Positions 34,401-48,437 of a DNA stretch of 64,000 bases are shown here, piece after piece. Numbering within the stretch: position 1 is the stretch's first letter; each line of letters starts with the position of its first letter. The translations under genes and the position numbers were made by a program. Origin of the DNA: Paraspadella gotoi (taxonomy: Eukaryota > Animalia > Chaetognatha). Under the pieces are notes generated by a model that saw only the letters and a program-made list of their open reading frames with translations, was not told the DNA's origin and made no database searches. Location of the stretch: contig CM119267.1 in the NCBI GenBank assembly GCA_051294375.1, positions 7,323,205-7,387,204 on the forward strand. The letters are read 5' to 3'.

Positions 34401-37400
34401 GTGTCTCTGCCTCACCGAATCACTGCAGAGTGCGTTCCATGCGTCGTGTGCGTGAGCGAGTCTCCGTCGATGATTTCCGAAACGCGCGAACGAACCGCGT
34501 TGATCTTTTCCATCAATGATTTCGTTAAACTTTGTTGATTCGGAAAATTGAAAGCGTGATCGAAAACGCGAAATCCATTCACGCTAGGGTAGAAACAAAA
34601 TCGTTTTTGACATAATCTCATCGTAACATTGTAATAAACATTATTTATCATACAGTTGATTAGCTACGTCGACGGTTAGCTCCATGCCGTATTGATCGCC
34701 GAGAAAGGCGAAAAGAAGAACGAGAGCAACGAGGTTATTGTTATCCGGGGGAAGAACGGTGACATTGTCGATCCAGCCGTTTGACTCGGAGCTGGCGACA
34801 TAGTTGGCACCCACGGCGTAAAACTTAGCCAAAGTCGACAAGTGTAAGTTATTAGAAATAAATGGGACAAACTTGGAAAAAAAAAAGTCGGGGTCTAACC
34901 TTTTTCTTAGCGACGTCGCACGCGAACCCGATCGGGTTACGCCATTGACATGTTCCCTTGCAGTGTTTTAGCGAATACCCTCCGGCGCTCAAAAGGTTCC
35001 AATCCACCCGATATGGCTAAAAAGGAAGATCTTACTTCTAACGCCCCATTTAAAACTCACGGGCTCTTATATCCACCCGAAAGCTAACCTGGCGCGGCGT
35101 GATAAATTCCACCGTCGATTCCCTTATCTGCGTTTCGGGTAAACCCACGACGCCTCTCCGCATCTCCGATGGCACTTGCACCAAGAAAGTACTTTTCCCT
35201 TCGCTGAACTTGTAGATCGATTGGAGGCCATTCGGCACGTTCTCGAAAACCCGGACAATGTCGTCGCGGGTTTCGCCGGCGAAAGGCAAAAGAGCTTCTT
35301 TTTGGTTTTCAAACTCGAGAAATACAGAGGACGGGTTTGCCTGAGACGGAATCGCTTTTGCGACACCTAAGAAAAAGCAAAAAGAGTCGTTTTTCGAAGC
35401 TTCGACGATTTACGAACCGAAACCTATTCATTAATTCAACTCACCAACGGCCATTCGACTAAAAATATTTTTAAACATCTCCATCTTGAAGTTTTCTCCT
35501 TCGTAGACAAGGTCCCCGGCGTCATCACCTCCCTTGTCTTCCTCCATCGTTCCCAACTTCTCCTTTTTCCTGACGTTCGCTACTCTGCGCGGCCGGAATA
35601 TTGACGGCACTTCGACGAAGCCGAGTGAACGTTTTGGGTCAATTCCTAGACCGGTCATAGCGTCCGCCATGTCTCTCCCCCGATTCTTGGGTTTCTGACA
35701 AAGAATTTTTATTTCTCAATACTGAACTCGGCTCAACTAAAGTTTGCTTATTGTTTTCTATTAAAAGCGCCTTTATTCGTAAATATACAAACCGAATAAG
35801 TAATACTAACCTTTCTTTTCTCATTGGAGTTTTCTTCCGGCATCACGTTGCCCTCCAGAAATAATGGGCTTAATGCCGCAACAATTATCGCATACAGTTT
35901 GAGGGCCTGAGCTTTTTCCTTTACAGGATTTTCTACAAACGAGGTGAGTCAATCATTAATCCGAGTAAACATTTACCCTCCACCGAAAAAAAAAAAGATC
36001 AGCGTTAATACCAGAAACGAAACCCTTTATTTTCGATGGGGTGTTGTAACAACCGTTGATTGGCACGAACAAGTCAGCAACGGAAAGGTCGCGCGAATAT
36101 GCTTCCCACTTTGCAGCGTCTATGAAAGAACAACACAATTATTATAAAATAGCTGAGGAAACTGTTAAAAATAATTCATAATTAAACTAACCTGGATGAC
36201 TTTGATTTCTTTCTCGTGGTTTTCGAAAATGATGGGGAAGCATACTAATAAGCTTCTCGATCTTTGACCGGGCTTCACCTGAACCACAAAAAAAGTTGTT
36301 AATATCCGTTGAAGTTTCAAAATGAGACAGCATGAACAAGCGACCCCACACCCTCGCTTACCCAGTGGCGCGATTTCCCGAGCCTTCCAGGCCAAGTCGC
36401 CGACGAGATTTTCGAAGGCGTTAAATCGTTTCTCCATAACGGAGCGAACTCGGCAGAACCGATGCTTCAGTTCCGCAATATTCTTTGGAATGTATTCGCC
36501 TTGGATTGCGATGAATGTATGAATTAATTTTTCGTTAAAATTTAGATCCGACGACCGAGACATATCACCCTCACCTTTTTCGTTCGTCTGTCCCCAGTTG
36601 CGCTTTTCAAGGTTGAATTCATGGAGCGCGTAGAGCCAGTGGACGAATAGATTTCGCAGCATGATGGGTTCGGAGAAGATATCTCCATCGAAGAATTTTC
36701 GCGATGAGGTGCTGAGGGAAGAAAGGATAGGCTTTTGATGAAATGAACAGAGAAACAAGGACAAAACAAAAAAAAAAACAAAAAAAAACAACAAAAAATC
36801 TGAAGGCTAAGAACCTGGAATCTAAGGCGTAGATAAACTTCTGATCGTCCTTAATGATCATTTTCGTGGGCTGAGTGAAGGGATCCTTGGATTGAACGGC
36901 GGCGGCCAAGACGATGCCGTCGCAACTGACTCCGAAAAGGATCCCGTACAAGATCAATCGCGAGTATCTCAGGTCGATCGGGAGGTTCATGCCTATATGA
37001 CCCAGCAAGGTGAGATCTGACATCTCGTCGTTTTCCTCGATGGCTCCGATGTCGGCCAGGGTCTGAACCGCTTCTTGAATGTTCTCCGTCTTGGGCGGTT
37101 CGATGCTTTGCAGCAAGAGCTCAGTCGGCGTGCTGCCCGGGCTGATAATTCGAGCGATACCTTTGACTTGCAGAACGAGGTTGTCCAGCGGCGAGTCATG
37201 CATCTGCGGAGGATCGAAAGGCGACAGCGATTCGAAGAATTCCCGCGTAAACATTTTGATGCAAATGCCGGTGAAAACTCGGCCAGTTCGACCGCGACGT
37301 TGTCGGGAAGAGGCCTAAAACAAAAAAGGGAGAAAAGAGCGAGTGATATTGTAACCATGTAAAACAGGCGTGAGTAAATTCATTAAACAGTAAACACGCG

Positions 37401-40148
37401 CTGACCTTCGAACACCAAGACAAATCGAGCATAGTCATTCGACGGTCCGCATGGTAAACGGGGCGTCGATGTAACCCGTAATCGACGACGACACGAACCT
37501 GCGAAATCGATAACACATAAAAACCCTCGAAATATTTCGAATTAAAAGGCGACGCAAAAGACCTTCGGTAAAGTCACGGAAGACTCGGCCACATTGGTCG
37601 CGAGAATGATATGACTCTTGAATCCCGGGGGATCATCAAAAGCCTCTAACTGATCATCGAAAGGAACCATAGAATGCAGGACGAAGACGCGTATACGACA
37701 AGGCCAACCACTGTGGGATGGGTCGCTTTCGATGCAGGTCAATTCGTCGAAGAGCTCGTCGATCTGCGCCCTGGAAATAAAGGATGCATCAAGTTTTAAG
37801 GGTTTGACCTTCGCGTTAATAACTTTTTATTGGCACCAATATTACCTTCCGGGCAGAAAGACCAGAACCGACTCGCCGGGAACGACCAATGAGGGCAAGA
37901 GGCGCATCAAAATATGCCGAAATTCAGGCAGCAAGTCGAGAGCAACTACGAAAAAAAATTCATCAAAAGAGTGCCACTAGTCACACTTCCCTTCCTTTAC
38001 TAGTTGCGCCGCGCGTACTCGCGGACCAACTCAATAAGACACTTAGGTGTTGGTCGGTCGGTATGTATCCGTCCGTCGGTCAGTCCCACTTACTTTTTCA
38101 ATGCTCATTACTCGGGCGTTATTTTAGTGTAAGGTATGAGTAAATGCTTCTTCTGCCTATATTTCATACTCGTAATCACGTGACCATATGGAATTGAAAT
38201 CGCTTGATCAGAAAATCAATTAGTCATAATTCGTGTAATACTTAATTATTTTAGTTAATACTTGACAAATAAGTGATCAATCGTAAGATGCTTGTTGTGC
38301 ATATGTTTTATACTTATGTAGACTGTAGTCACTTGTAACATAGTTACTGCGGCACAACACCTTGAACTTGCCGGCTCTTGTTTTTCCTATTTTCCTCTCT
38401 GAAATTGCTAATTAAGTCAATCATCTTGTCTTCAATATAACTTACTTTTAGTGGACGACGCAGTATAAGAGGGAACATAATTTAAATTCATCTCCGACAT
38501 CTCGACGCTTAAAGCTTGCAAGCTTTTAAATCCTTGTTGGGTCATGTCGGAGAGGTAGCCCTGAAATAAAGCAATCCGAAATTTCCTTCTTCGTCGCCCG
38601 AACAAAGGTTGCCTTTTAAAACGAACCTCATTCTCTGAATCCTGATAAAATGAGCTCGACTTTTTATTCAACTTGCAGGAATTCTTGAGAATGCGAAATT
38701 TGTCGTCGTCGGAAAAGGCATGGGGAAAGCGAGAAGGGAGATCTTCGAGGAAAACGTCCTCAACGGGATATCGCCGCGCGCCGACGAATATGACGCGCTG
38801 CGGCATGCGTCGGATTTCCAAGGCCGAGGCGAAGTAGCGAAGGAAGAGATCTCCCTGGATCGTGGCAGACATGACGACGAGCTTGATGGGACGATCCTTG
38901 ACGAGCAGTTTGACGATAAGGGAGAGGAGATCGTTTTCCAACTCACGTTCGTGAACCTCGTCCAGAACGAGGTGCGTGTATTCATCGAGCATACGGTCGT
39001 TGTGAGTCAACGCGGTCCGAACATAGCCGGTGGTTGCGAAAAGGATGCGAGTTTGGTAACATGACATGTAATCTTGGCCAATGCGGTAGCCGATCTCGTG
39101 GCCTAAACAAAAATATATACTATATAGATGTAGCAGATGTTTTTTTCCCCCTTTATAAACCCCAATAAAATCTTGATTCTTAACTTAAAGCATTAAAAGA
39201 AACTGGGGAGGATGGTCCAATATAAAAATGAGGTAATCTAAAAAAACTAATTAAAGGTTTGCTTTGTTATTTCTTTCAGCAAAAAAAGTAAGCTCGAATG
39301 GAAAAAAATGTTTTCATACCTAATTCGACCTTTCTTTCTTTCGCTACACGTTCCGCCAATGATCTGGCGGCGATTCGTCGCGGCTGCGTCACCAAAATTT
39401 TGACTGGTCGATCGTACTCTGACGGAAAGCTGGGCGAACAATAAAATTCGATGAAACGCTCTCTCTCTCTTTCTCTCATGGATTAACATGACAAAACATC
39501 AATGGGAAAAAGTAGACAAACTCAATATGTAAGAGATGATTATTTAATATGATCTTAAATGAGAATATTCTTAGATCTACCAATCCATACTGCTAATCGG
39601 CTGGTTCTCGACGCAAGCAACATATCCAATCTATCGGAAACTCTTTTCAACTTCGCACGGAAAAGGGTCCTATACATTGTTGGAAAAAATTACCCATGGA
39701 AATCGTATCCATGGAAATCGTATCCACAAAACTCGGATTTGAAACCTTGCATAATTGTTTTAGAAACAAATCTTGGTATCTGACAATAACTGTGATTCGT
39801 TATTCTTCTGTGTTCTTACAATTTAAAAATTTATGTGTAGCCTTAGGCTTAGTCTATTTGCATTTTCAAATGAATGTTTACGTGTTAAAAAAAAAACAAA
39901 CTAAAAACAAAACAAGTTTGAGCAAACAATGTCGGATCTGCCTACGATAATTAATTAATTAATTAATTAATCGATTAATTAATTAATTAATTTTAATATG
40001 TAATAATTAATTTAAAATTTATATTCAACTTATCATCATCGATGTCCTTAAAATTGGGTTAGGACAGTTATTAAATATGTTTTGTTTACATTTTATCAAA
40101 ACAAACAAATATCCTCTATTTTATTTTATTTCTCCTTCTCTCTCTCTC

Positions 40149-40183
<35 letters not shown>

Positions 40184-40659
40184 ATGCAATTGCGACGATC
40201 TTTATGCTTTTAAGATTCTTCTAACTTGCATCATTTTTTCACATTAATTAATTAATTAAAACATTTATTAGTAATCATTAATATTAAAGATTCAAGTAAA
40301 TGTGACTTATGTTTTTTCCATCTAAACTCATTTCCACTGACACAATTCCGTCAAAACTTTATATAATTATTATATATTAATAAATATTTAAAAGCTTCAG
40401 TGCAACAACCCAATGAACTAATTCAAAAAGTTACATTGAAAATCGATTTAGTAGTAAAAGGAAAAAAAAATTTTTAAAGAGAACTAGAAGTTATAAAAAA
40501 TGTTCAATTTTGGCCCGCCTTACTAGATATATTGCATGTGATTAAACAATGTTATCGGAATAATATTTTTATCAATTTTATGTATTTTGTAAGTATTTAA
40601 GTATTTTTATTCAGTGAGTAAAATAACAACTTTTTTATTTGCTAATTTTAATCTCGGAA

Positions 40660-40690
<31 letters not shown>

Positions 40691-43600
40691 TTGCAATTGC
40701 AACGATCCTTATGCTCATTTTTCTGCTCTCTCTCTCTCTCTTTGCAATTGCGACGATCCTTATGCTCATTTTTATGCTCTCTCACTCTCTCTCTCTCTCT
40801 CTACCCGCTCACAAAATTTCATCTCAATCTATTATGGGTTAAAATAAGTAAAAAGATTCAAGTAAATGTGACTCATATTTTTTTAATTTAAACTCATTTC
40901 CACTCGTACGTTTCCACCGAAACTTTAGATCAAGCATCATTACACATTTTTCTACCCACACAAAAAATTTGAACTCAATCTATCCATCCAATTATGATTA
41001 ATTAGAGTACTTATTGGTTAAAATAAGTAAAAAGATTTTAGTAAATGCGACTTGTTTTTTCCATTTAAACTCATATCCACTCACACGATTCCGTCGAAAC
41101 TTTATATCCAGCCTTATCACACACTTTCCTACCCACAACACAAAATTCCATTCCAATCCAACCAGCCAATCACGAGTTATTGGAGCTTTTTGCGAAGGTG
41201 GGACGGATGGACGGATTGATTGACTGATTAATTAATTATTGATTAATTAATTGACTAATTGATTAATTAACTGATTAATTATTTGATTTATTAATACATC
41301 CTGCATTTACATTTAATATAAAAATTTCAAAAAGCATAATTAATTAGTGAAACAGGTTTTTTGTTTTTTTCCATTTAAACTCATTTCCACTCAAAAGATT
41401 CCATCGAAACTTGGTTTCCTATTCAATCACACACTTTTCTACTCACATACAAAATTCCAGGTCAATCGATAATTAAGTGGTAATAAGCTAACTTGGTCAA
41501 CTTGCATAATTTTGTCAACTGACATAATTTTGTCAACTGACATAATTTGGTTAACTGACATAATTTGGTCAACTGACATAATTGGTCAACTGACATAATT
41601 TGATCAATTAAGATAATTTGGTCAACCGGCTTAATTTGGTCAACTGGCCTAATTTGGTCAACAGGCATAATTTGGTCAACAGGCATAATTTGGTCAACTT
41701 GCAGAACTTGATCATCTTGCAGAATTTTGTCAACTGGCATAATTTGGTCAACTTCAAGAATTTGGTAACTGGCATATTTTTGTCAATTTGCATAATTTGG
41801 TCAATCAATCAATCAATCAGAGAGAGAGAAACTTTAAAAAATTCAATTAAATGTGTCTTTTGGTTTTCTAATTTATCACATACTTTCCTACCCACACACA
41901 AAATTCAATTTCGATTTATCTATCCAATTTTTAATAAAATAATAATTATGAGTAAATTTAAGTAAAAATACTTCAAGTAAATATGACTTTTGTTTTTTTC
42001 CATTTTAACTCATTTCCACTCGCACGATTCCATCGAAACTTTATATCTAGCTCAATCACACACTTTCCTACCATCATACAAAATTTCAAGTCAATTGCCC
42101 TATCCACTCATGAGCAATTGGCGTTCAAATAGTGAAATATATTTTTTTGTCTTTTCCATTTAAACCAATTTCCACTCGCACGATTCCCTCGAAACTTCAT
42201 ATCCATCTCAATCACACAGTTTCCTATCCACACACAAAATTTCATACCAATCCATCCATCCAATCACGAGTAATTGGAGTTTTTTGCTAAGGTGGGACGG
42301 ACGGACGGACATCGTTTTTTTTGCATAATTTATCATAATTCGATGTTCTGACATGATATAAGTGTGTGCCCGACAATATTGAGGGGGCGGACCGACGGAC
42401 CGACAAAGTGAATTATAGAGTCGGGATCTGCTGATAAGCAGTTCCGACTAAAAACATAAATAACTAAATTTGTTGTCCATTCTTTACAAAACACCCAGAC
42501 ATTCTGAATCAGGTTTCCAAATTGTATCTCATGTTAGCTGACTGAACGTTTAAGTAGCATTTTGAAAACAAACTAGCAGAAAACCAAAGTGAATGACGAA
42601 AAACAAAAGACCCCTTAGACGTATTAGTTGCTGTCCAGGGTCATGTACTGTTCAATTCAATTCTATTCTCTTACCTCTCATAGTCGTCGAGAATGAACTG
42701 AGGGACCTGCGTGGACTTTCCGCAACCAGTCTCACCCTCGATGCAGGTGACGCGCTGATTGCGTATAGCGCTCATCAGGCTTTCACGGTGAGAGAGGATG
42801 GGAAGGGTCGTTTCCGTACTGGAGGCGGAGAGAAAGGGGAAGCTCATAGGAAAAAGGAAAGGAGAAGAGAGATCCGACATAAGCAAAGATAAAGAAATCA
42901 ACTAAGAAAAGAAAAAAAGTGACAAACCTCGAGTTCTCGAGCTGTTGATTCTCACGTTCTTCGGAGTCTTCGACGCCCTGGGGCAGAAGATAATCAATGT
43001 CGATCCCTTGATCGTGGCCCTTTTCCGAGAAATCAATCGCAAATCGGTCGGCCATTCGATTCGGATGTTGCCGGACGATTTCGTTTAAAATCTGAGACGA
43101 GAAAAGAGAAAAAGCGGACGACGTAGAAAAGACAACTCTTGATTTTCAAATTTCTATTACGTAAGTACTACTATGTACTACTATGTACTTTACCTCCGCC
43201 ACATTAGTGTCCACCTCGTTTCCATTCTGTTCCACAAAGTAAGAGAAAAATTTCCAGAACCTAATTCCATCGAAGGCGTAACCGGGCGGGGCGATTAAAT
43301 CATCGAAGCGGAGGCAGATACAGGCGTCTCTCATTTCCTTGTATACGGCCTGGCACCTGATTACGAGAAATAAACGCTCCCTGTATTACTGCTAGCGATT
43401 TCCATGAAATGGACCGGCTCCGATCTAACCAGTTATTGAGCGTGATGCATTTAATGTCGGGAGGCTTATTGGTAGGGAGAGGACCCTCTTCGTACGGATT
43501 GTAATCATTTTCCAAACTGCGCCAATAAAAGTCGAAAATTGAGTGGGCGACTGCGCTGAGCTCGGCGGACGTTAGCAGTACGACCGCGTGAGGTGACAGC

Positions 43601-46600
43601 GACATCGAAAGGAGGTAGTTAAGGAGATAAGCGAAGAAGGCTTCGGTCGGAGAGAGGTACTCGAAAAAGTTGCGCGAGAAAGACTGCGAAATGGTTGGCA
43701 AAAAAAGTATGACAAAAGTAACAAGAAGAATCGTGGTGAGCGAGGTATCCCTGGTATTCGTCAGACCTTTTGGTCGTAGTTTTCGTGGTCAAAGCCCAAT
43801 AAGCGCATCTGTTCCCCGTTGTCGTCGAGGATGGTCATCAAGGTGTCGAAAATGCCGTAGCGATAGGAAATATCCACATCCTCGAATTGCATGGTTTGTT
43901 TGGGCATCTGGAAAAAAGACAAACACTGCATGTAATCTAAAAATATTAAAAGTATAGTGATCTCGCCAGAGGTTACTATCAAAGAAAGTTAATGAAAAAA
44001 TCTAAAAAAAAAAAATTGATGCGATAACAAATTATTGATGTAATAATAATTGATTTATGTAATAGTAATTGATTAATGTAATAGTAATTGATTAATGTAA
44101 TAGTAATTGTTTGATATAATAATATTGATGCGATAATAACCAAATATTGATACGAAAATAACCAAATATTGATGCGATGATAACCAAAGGATGATGCGAT
44201 AATAACCAAATGATTGACGCGATCAGTCATTCATTGTAAATAAAACAAACAGATGGTTGTATAAGTGAGAGAAAGAAATAAAGAGAGAGAGAAAAAAGCC
44301 CAGATGCTGCAGAGCTAAACTCGTTTTTAAATGAATCAAAAGAGACAGCGAAAAAAAAGAGAGAGAAAGATATATAATTTAAAAAAAGACAAAAAAATTA
44401 TTATAATTGTTTACAATTAGAAATTATTACAATTGTTTACAAGTTATAAATGTGTATATTTTTATTTGTATTAAAATTTAGATATAGCTTTTCATCATCC
44501 CATGTTTCATATCGATTCAAGTATTTTTGTATGAATTTTTTTTTTCATTATGATTTACTGCAATATGCAAATTAGAATATAGTACTATATACTAATTTGC
44601 ATATTGCATTAAGCAATAAGCCCGTTTGGCGAGATAAAAATGTATTTTTGCATTTCTTTTCCTTGTTGGGGACCGTCCCGTTAGAAAACACAATTTTAAA
44701 AAGACTAAATTGCTTAGGTTTTATTATTTAAATTATTTTAAAAACCTGAGGAAGAGAGACGACTACTTCGTCGAAAGCGCTCCATGGAGTTCGCCCAGTT
44801 TCCGTGATCGAGTCTATGTGAGAGGTGGGTCCCAATGCCAGAGGGTAGAGATACTGTCTAAAAACAGTCAAATCGTGCTCCATTAAAGGCGCACCCAGAC
44901 TGTGGTATTCCACGTAGTTACTCCGCCGATGGATCCCGTGGAGCCAGCCAAGGACGTCCCGCGGGGCCGCGTGAGCATCCACTCTGGCTTTGAGAAGTTG
45001 AAACAGGGCTGGGAGAAAGAAGGAGGAATAGAGCACGTTTACTGACTAAAAATAAAAAAGAAAAATTTTTGAGCGTAGACCGTCTTATTACCTAATGTTT
45101 CGGGGTCGTCATAGGAAAATTCCAAGTTCAAATCGTAAAAACGTCTCGAGTAATCTATGGACTGGAGGATTTGCGGGTCGGATTCGATGAACTTGCGCCA
45201 ATCGGGATCGTCCTCCAGTCGGGAACCCAATCCGATTCTCTCCACGAACCAGTGGGCGACCTCGATTACTCCTGCCGCCGAAAGAAGCGAAATTTTTTCG
45301 GTTTGTCTTTATCAACTTCAACTTCAACTGCAACCGTACCCGGAATTATTTGTTTGCTTCGTTTTCTCAGCCTCACCTGAAACTTCGATTAAGTCGTGGA
45401 TTTTGTACTTTTCTAAAAATGGTTTTGTAAAGTCGTTTCCCGAAAGGATGGCGATTTCAACAAGGTCCTATGAGAATAAGAATTGGGGAAATTATTGGCG
45501 ATTTTGGATCAAGTAGAGTTGAGCTTGAACCTGATGAGAAGAGAGTTTCAAAGATCTTTGAACAGAGTCGGGCGTCACGATCCTGACATTTAGCTGCTCC
45601 AGCATTATAATTCTATCCATCAGATGAGGGGTTAAATCGTAATCGATGTCGAAAAACTTCTGCTCTAGTGGAATGTATCTAAACAGGGGAAAGAGTATGT
45701 AATTACTCCGAGATCTCATACCTCCAACCCCCAGATGCTCTCTACCTGCAATTCGAAAGCACCATGAAATCTGAATCCCTCCCCAGAACGGCGAAGGCCT
45801 TCCCCGGGTTGTCGACCAGATACTTTCCCATCGCCAACTCGGCCTCCCCGCGACATATAAAGTATTTCAAGTTCGGGAGCGCTTTCTTCTGCTCGATGAG
45901 CGTGCTGGCGACTTGATGGGAGGCCAACAGGGGCAAAATGGAGTCCGTCAAGCCATCCATTCCAGCGTACGACTTGCAAATGTTGGTGACCTTGGACGAA
46001 GGAAGAACAAATTACGAATCACAATTACGAATTCGGTAAGCGGAGGCAGAATAAGGAGCGGGATTCCTCGATGTCTGCTCAGTGCTCACCATTTCGTTGA
46101 TCTTCTCTCGTTTGTCGAAACGCTGGCGAAGCTCCTCGTACTTCTGTTCCATCACCCCTACGTCGGAGGCTGATCAATGTTTCGAATATAAAAGGCGAGA
46201 AATTGAGTGGCTTTGTATCGCCAATTATTCTATACTTAAATCTTAAATTTCAAAACATAATTTTCTACTAACAAGATACGACTTACTAACGTAGCGAGAG
46301 ATATTCGCTTCAGATACTGACCAGTAGGCCCGTCTTGGAAAAAGACGAGGTCGATCCCGACGAAGTTGAGGGTGTGGATGAAGTTTTTAAGGCAGTAGTT
46401 GAGGGCTTGGTATTCGCCGCCTACGATGCGCACGAAGTTGTTCAGCGTTTCGTCGGAAACGAAGCGTTCCGCTATTTCATTAATGTAGAAGAGGAACCCG
46501 TAATAATCCACTAGAATCTCGATTCGGCCGTCGGAAGAGAGAAGAGCCTTGGGGAAAATTAAGTCGCGAATGAATAAATTAAGCTCGACTTCGATTGAAG

Positions 46601-46699
46601 TTCAAAGGTCGATGGAATTACCTGCTCGACCAAATCGACCTCCTCGGAGACTTCATCAAGGTTGTTCTTACAGAATTGGCTCAGCCCCTTGACCCCCAT
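31458..46699 (-). CDS. Asteroid/FAM120-type (FEN1/XPG-like) nuclease domain fused to a DEAH/RHA-family DExH RNA helicase, many exons
   Basis: N-terminus MGVKGL, ILVDYY, GGEY, FFQDG, GEAE, VLGRDSDF. Helicase motifs GETGCGKSTQVPQFIL, TQPRRIAA, LDEVHER, MSAT, ATNVAESSVTLP, QRRGRTGR, then an HA2-like region. The linking exons (~43200, 43092-42928, 42820) are phase-consistent. The C-terminal exons are less certain. Confidence 0.8.
37998..38150 (-). mobile_element. Degenerate HINE-like 3' end in a helicase intron
   Basis: Reverse strand has AAGTGGGACTGACCGACGGACGGA followed by a terminal hairpin AGTTG..CGCG-AGTA-CGCG..CAACT. A related fragment lies at ~32995-33190. Confidence 0.4.
39911..42454. 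mobile_element. DINE-1/HINE-like Helentron family A, long copy with internal tandem arrays (in a helicase intron)
   Basis: Same termini as 28332-29076. Several internal units containing CCATTTAAACTCATTTCCACTC and (CT)n tracts. Confidence 0.8.
41490..41805. repeat. 18-bp minisatellite (CATAATTTGGTCAACTGA-like)
   Basis: About 17 degenerate tandem copies. It generates the spurious repetitive ORFs at 41462-41965. Confidence 0.9.
43949..44640. mobile_element. HINE-like non-autonomous element, family B, copy 2
   Basis: Same 5' and 3' ends as 29844-31112. Confidence 0.7.
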
Positions 46700-46944
46700 A
46701 ATGCTGGATAACAGAGACGAGTCGAGAGTCAGTATGTATATATCTATTCTACTAAGGTTAGATCAGAACTAACCCTTGTAATCTAGAGTTCCATTTCGAC
46801 TAAAAGCGTTTAAAAACGCCGATTGGAGCAATCTAAGTCATTTTTTTCGTACCGAGATTTCTTCCACTACATGAATGAATACAAGGACACACACAAGAAT
46901 ATAAGTAAATTATTAAAAAAATATACGGGTAAATGCAATCATCT

Positions 46945-48437
46945 CTAGGAGTAGACCCTGAGGTAAAAGAGCTCGCCGAGCTTGAAAGTCCAATTAAAGT
47001 CCAGGATGCCGAAGTAGTGGCCGAGGATGAGCGACGTGTAAAAGGCGAGACAGGTGTGGGCCTTTGTCACTTCGTAGGCGCGTCGGAGTAGGTTCTCGGC
47101 CGCCCCCACAGCGAAGAGCGTTGCGAAACAGCGGTACTCGTGGTAAGAGACGGACGCGACTAAAAAGGGGTTATCTGGAGCAAGAGGCAAAAAGCGAAGT
47201 AAAATTCAACTCAACAACAAACTATATACACTTATTATACAGTATCAACTACACAGTAACACTTAAATATAGTCTAAATACAATCTGGGGTAAATGACAG
47301 AGAAATCTCTCAGACCCACTGGACATACGAAGTGTAGAGGCACACTGTCAGGGGCATGGCGATCTCTTTTCCTCTCGGTTACTTCATAATATATCATATA
47401 TTCCAAAAACCCCAGCACATGCCAACCAAGGACAGTTAAGACTAAGAGTGAGGCTATAACTAATAATGAAAACTTTATAAATCACGATTAAAATTACCCA
47501 ATAATCTAAATCGAAAGGTGACCCGCTTGAATGCGATGGATCTTCGCATGGGAAGGATGATGGGCATGAGATGAGCGAAGAGCACGCTAGCCACCATGGT
47601 CCAGTAGGCCATATCGAAAGGGAGATCGAGCGCCAGCAACGCCTCCATCAGGTCCAGCGAAAGAAAGGGGACCCACAGGATGCAGAATAATCCGTCACAG
47701 ACGACCCAGGGGACGGTTCGCTCGCGGCGGGCGTTGACGTTTTGCGCGCCGCCGCCGAAATCAAGGATGCCGACGTCACCGTGCTGTCGGGCCACTCAAC
47801 GACCGTCAAACTTTATTTCAACGATATTTTTTTTTACCAAGGCGAACCTGCATGAGAAACTGGCGGCGAAAATGGACGACCTGCATCCAGTACATAGTGT
47901 GGTTGTCGCCGAAGATGTAAATGTGCAAACCGCGCGAGGCAAGTTGCTCGCGGTGCTCAGTCGGAGCCCGCATTCGAAAAAGATTAATCAAGGTGAAAAA
48001 AAAACAACTCAATTCGCGACAAAACATTTCTCAGAAAATGACACGCGAAATGCGAAATGCGAATCCCTCACCAACATGGTTCTTCTCTCGCCTTGGGGAA
48101 GAGGCACCAGAGAGAGACGTCGCGTTAGAGAGGCGGGTTCGGGGGCGTCGGTAGGCGGGGCCGAGACGGGATTCGGATCGCTGGCGCGTCGGTATCGTGG
48201 ATAATGATCGAGCGGGGCGTCAACGCGGGAAGGGTGAAGGTTATAGTTGTCATTTCGACTCTGGCGCAACACGAAGGACAAAATGGAGGCGGAATCCAAG
48301 GAAGAGAGGGAACGTGCATCGTCGTCGTCGTCATCGTTCGAATTGTCGAATAACTCGTTCGATAATTCCAAATCGTCATTTCCGTCGTCGTCGTCGTCGT
48401 CTTCGTCACAATCGTCGAAATCAGATGAGTCACTCAT
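46945..48437 (-). CDS. Uncharacterised membrane protein with acidic N-terminus, about 4 exons
   Basis: MSDSSDFDDCDEDDDD... followed by spliceable exons with hydrophobic segments (LFCILWVPFLSL, YWTMVASVLFAHLMPIIL, CLAFYTSLILGHYFGIL). Confidence 0.6.
47287..47456 (-). other. Possible diverged copy 3 of the structured intronic element (intron 47175-47497)
   Basis: Reverse complement has the ordered blocks AGCC, AGTCTTAAC, GTTGGCA, TAACCG, CGCCA, GTGGGT and ACCCC. Confidence 0.4.

Noticed and set aside
39580-39670. Possible extra helicase exon
   Set aside because: No phase-compatible donor, and the flanking exons join directly in phase 2.
41462-41965. Repetitive ORFs or a CRISPR-like array
   Set aside because: An 18-bp minisatellite without unique spacers inside a transposon, in a eukaryotic context with no cas genes.
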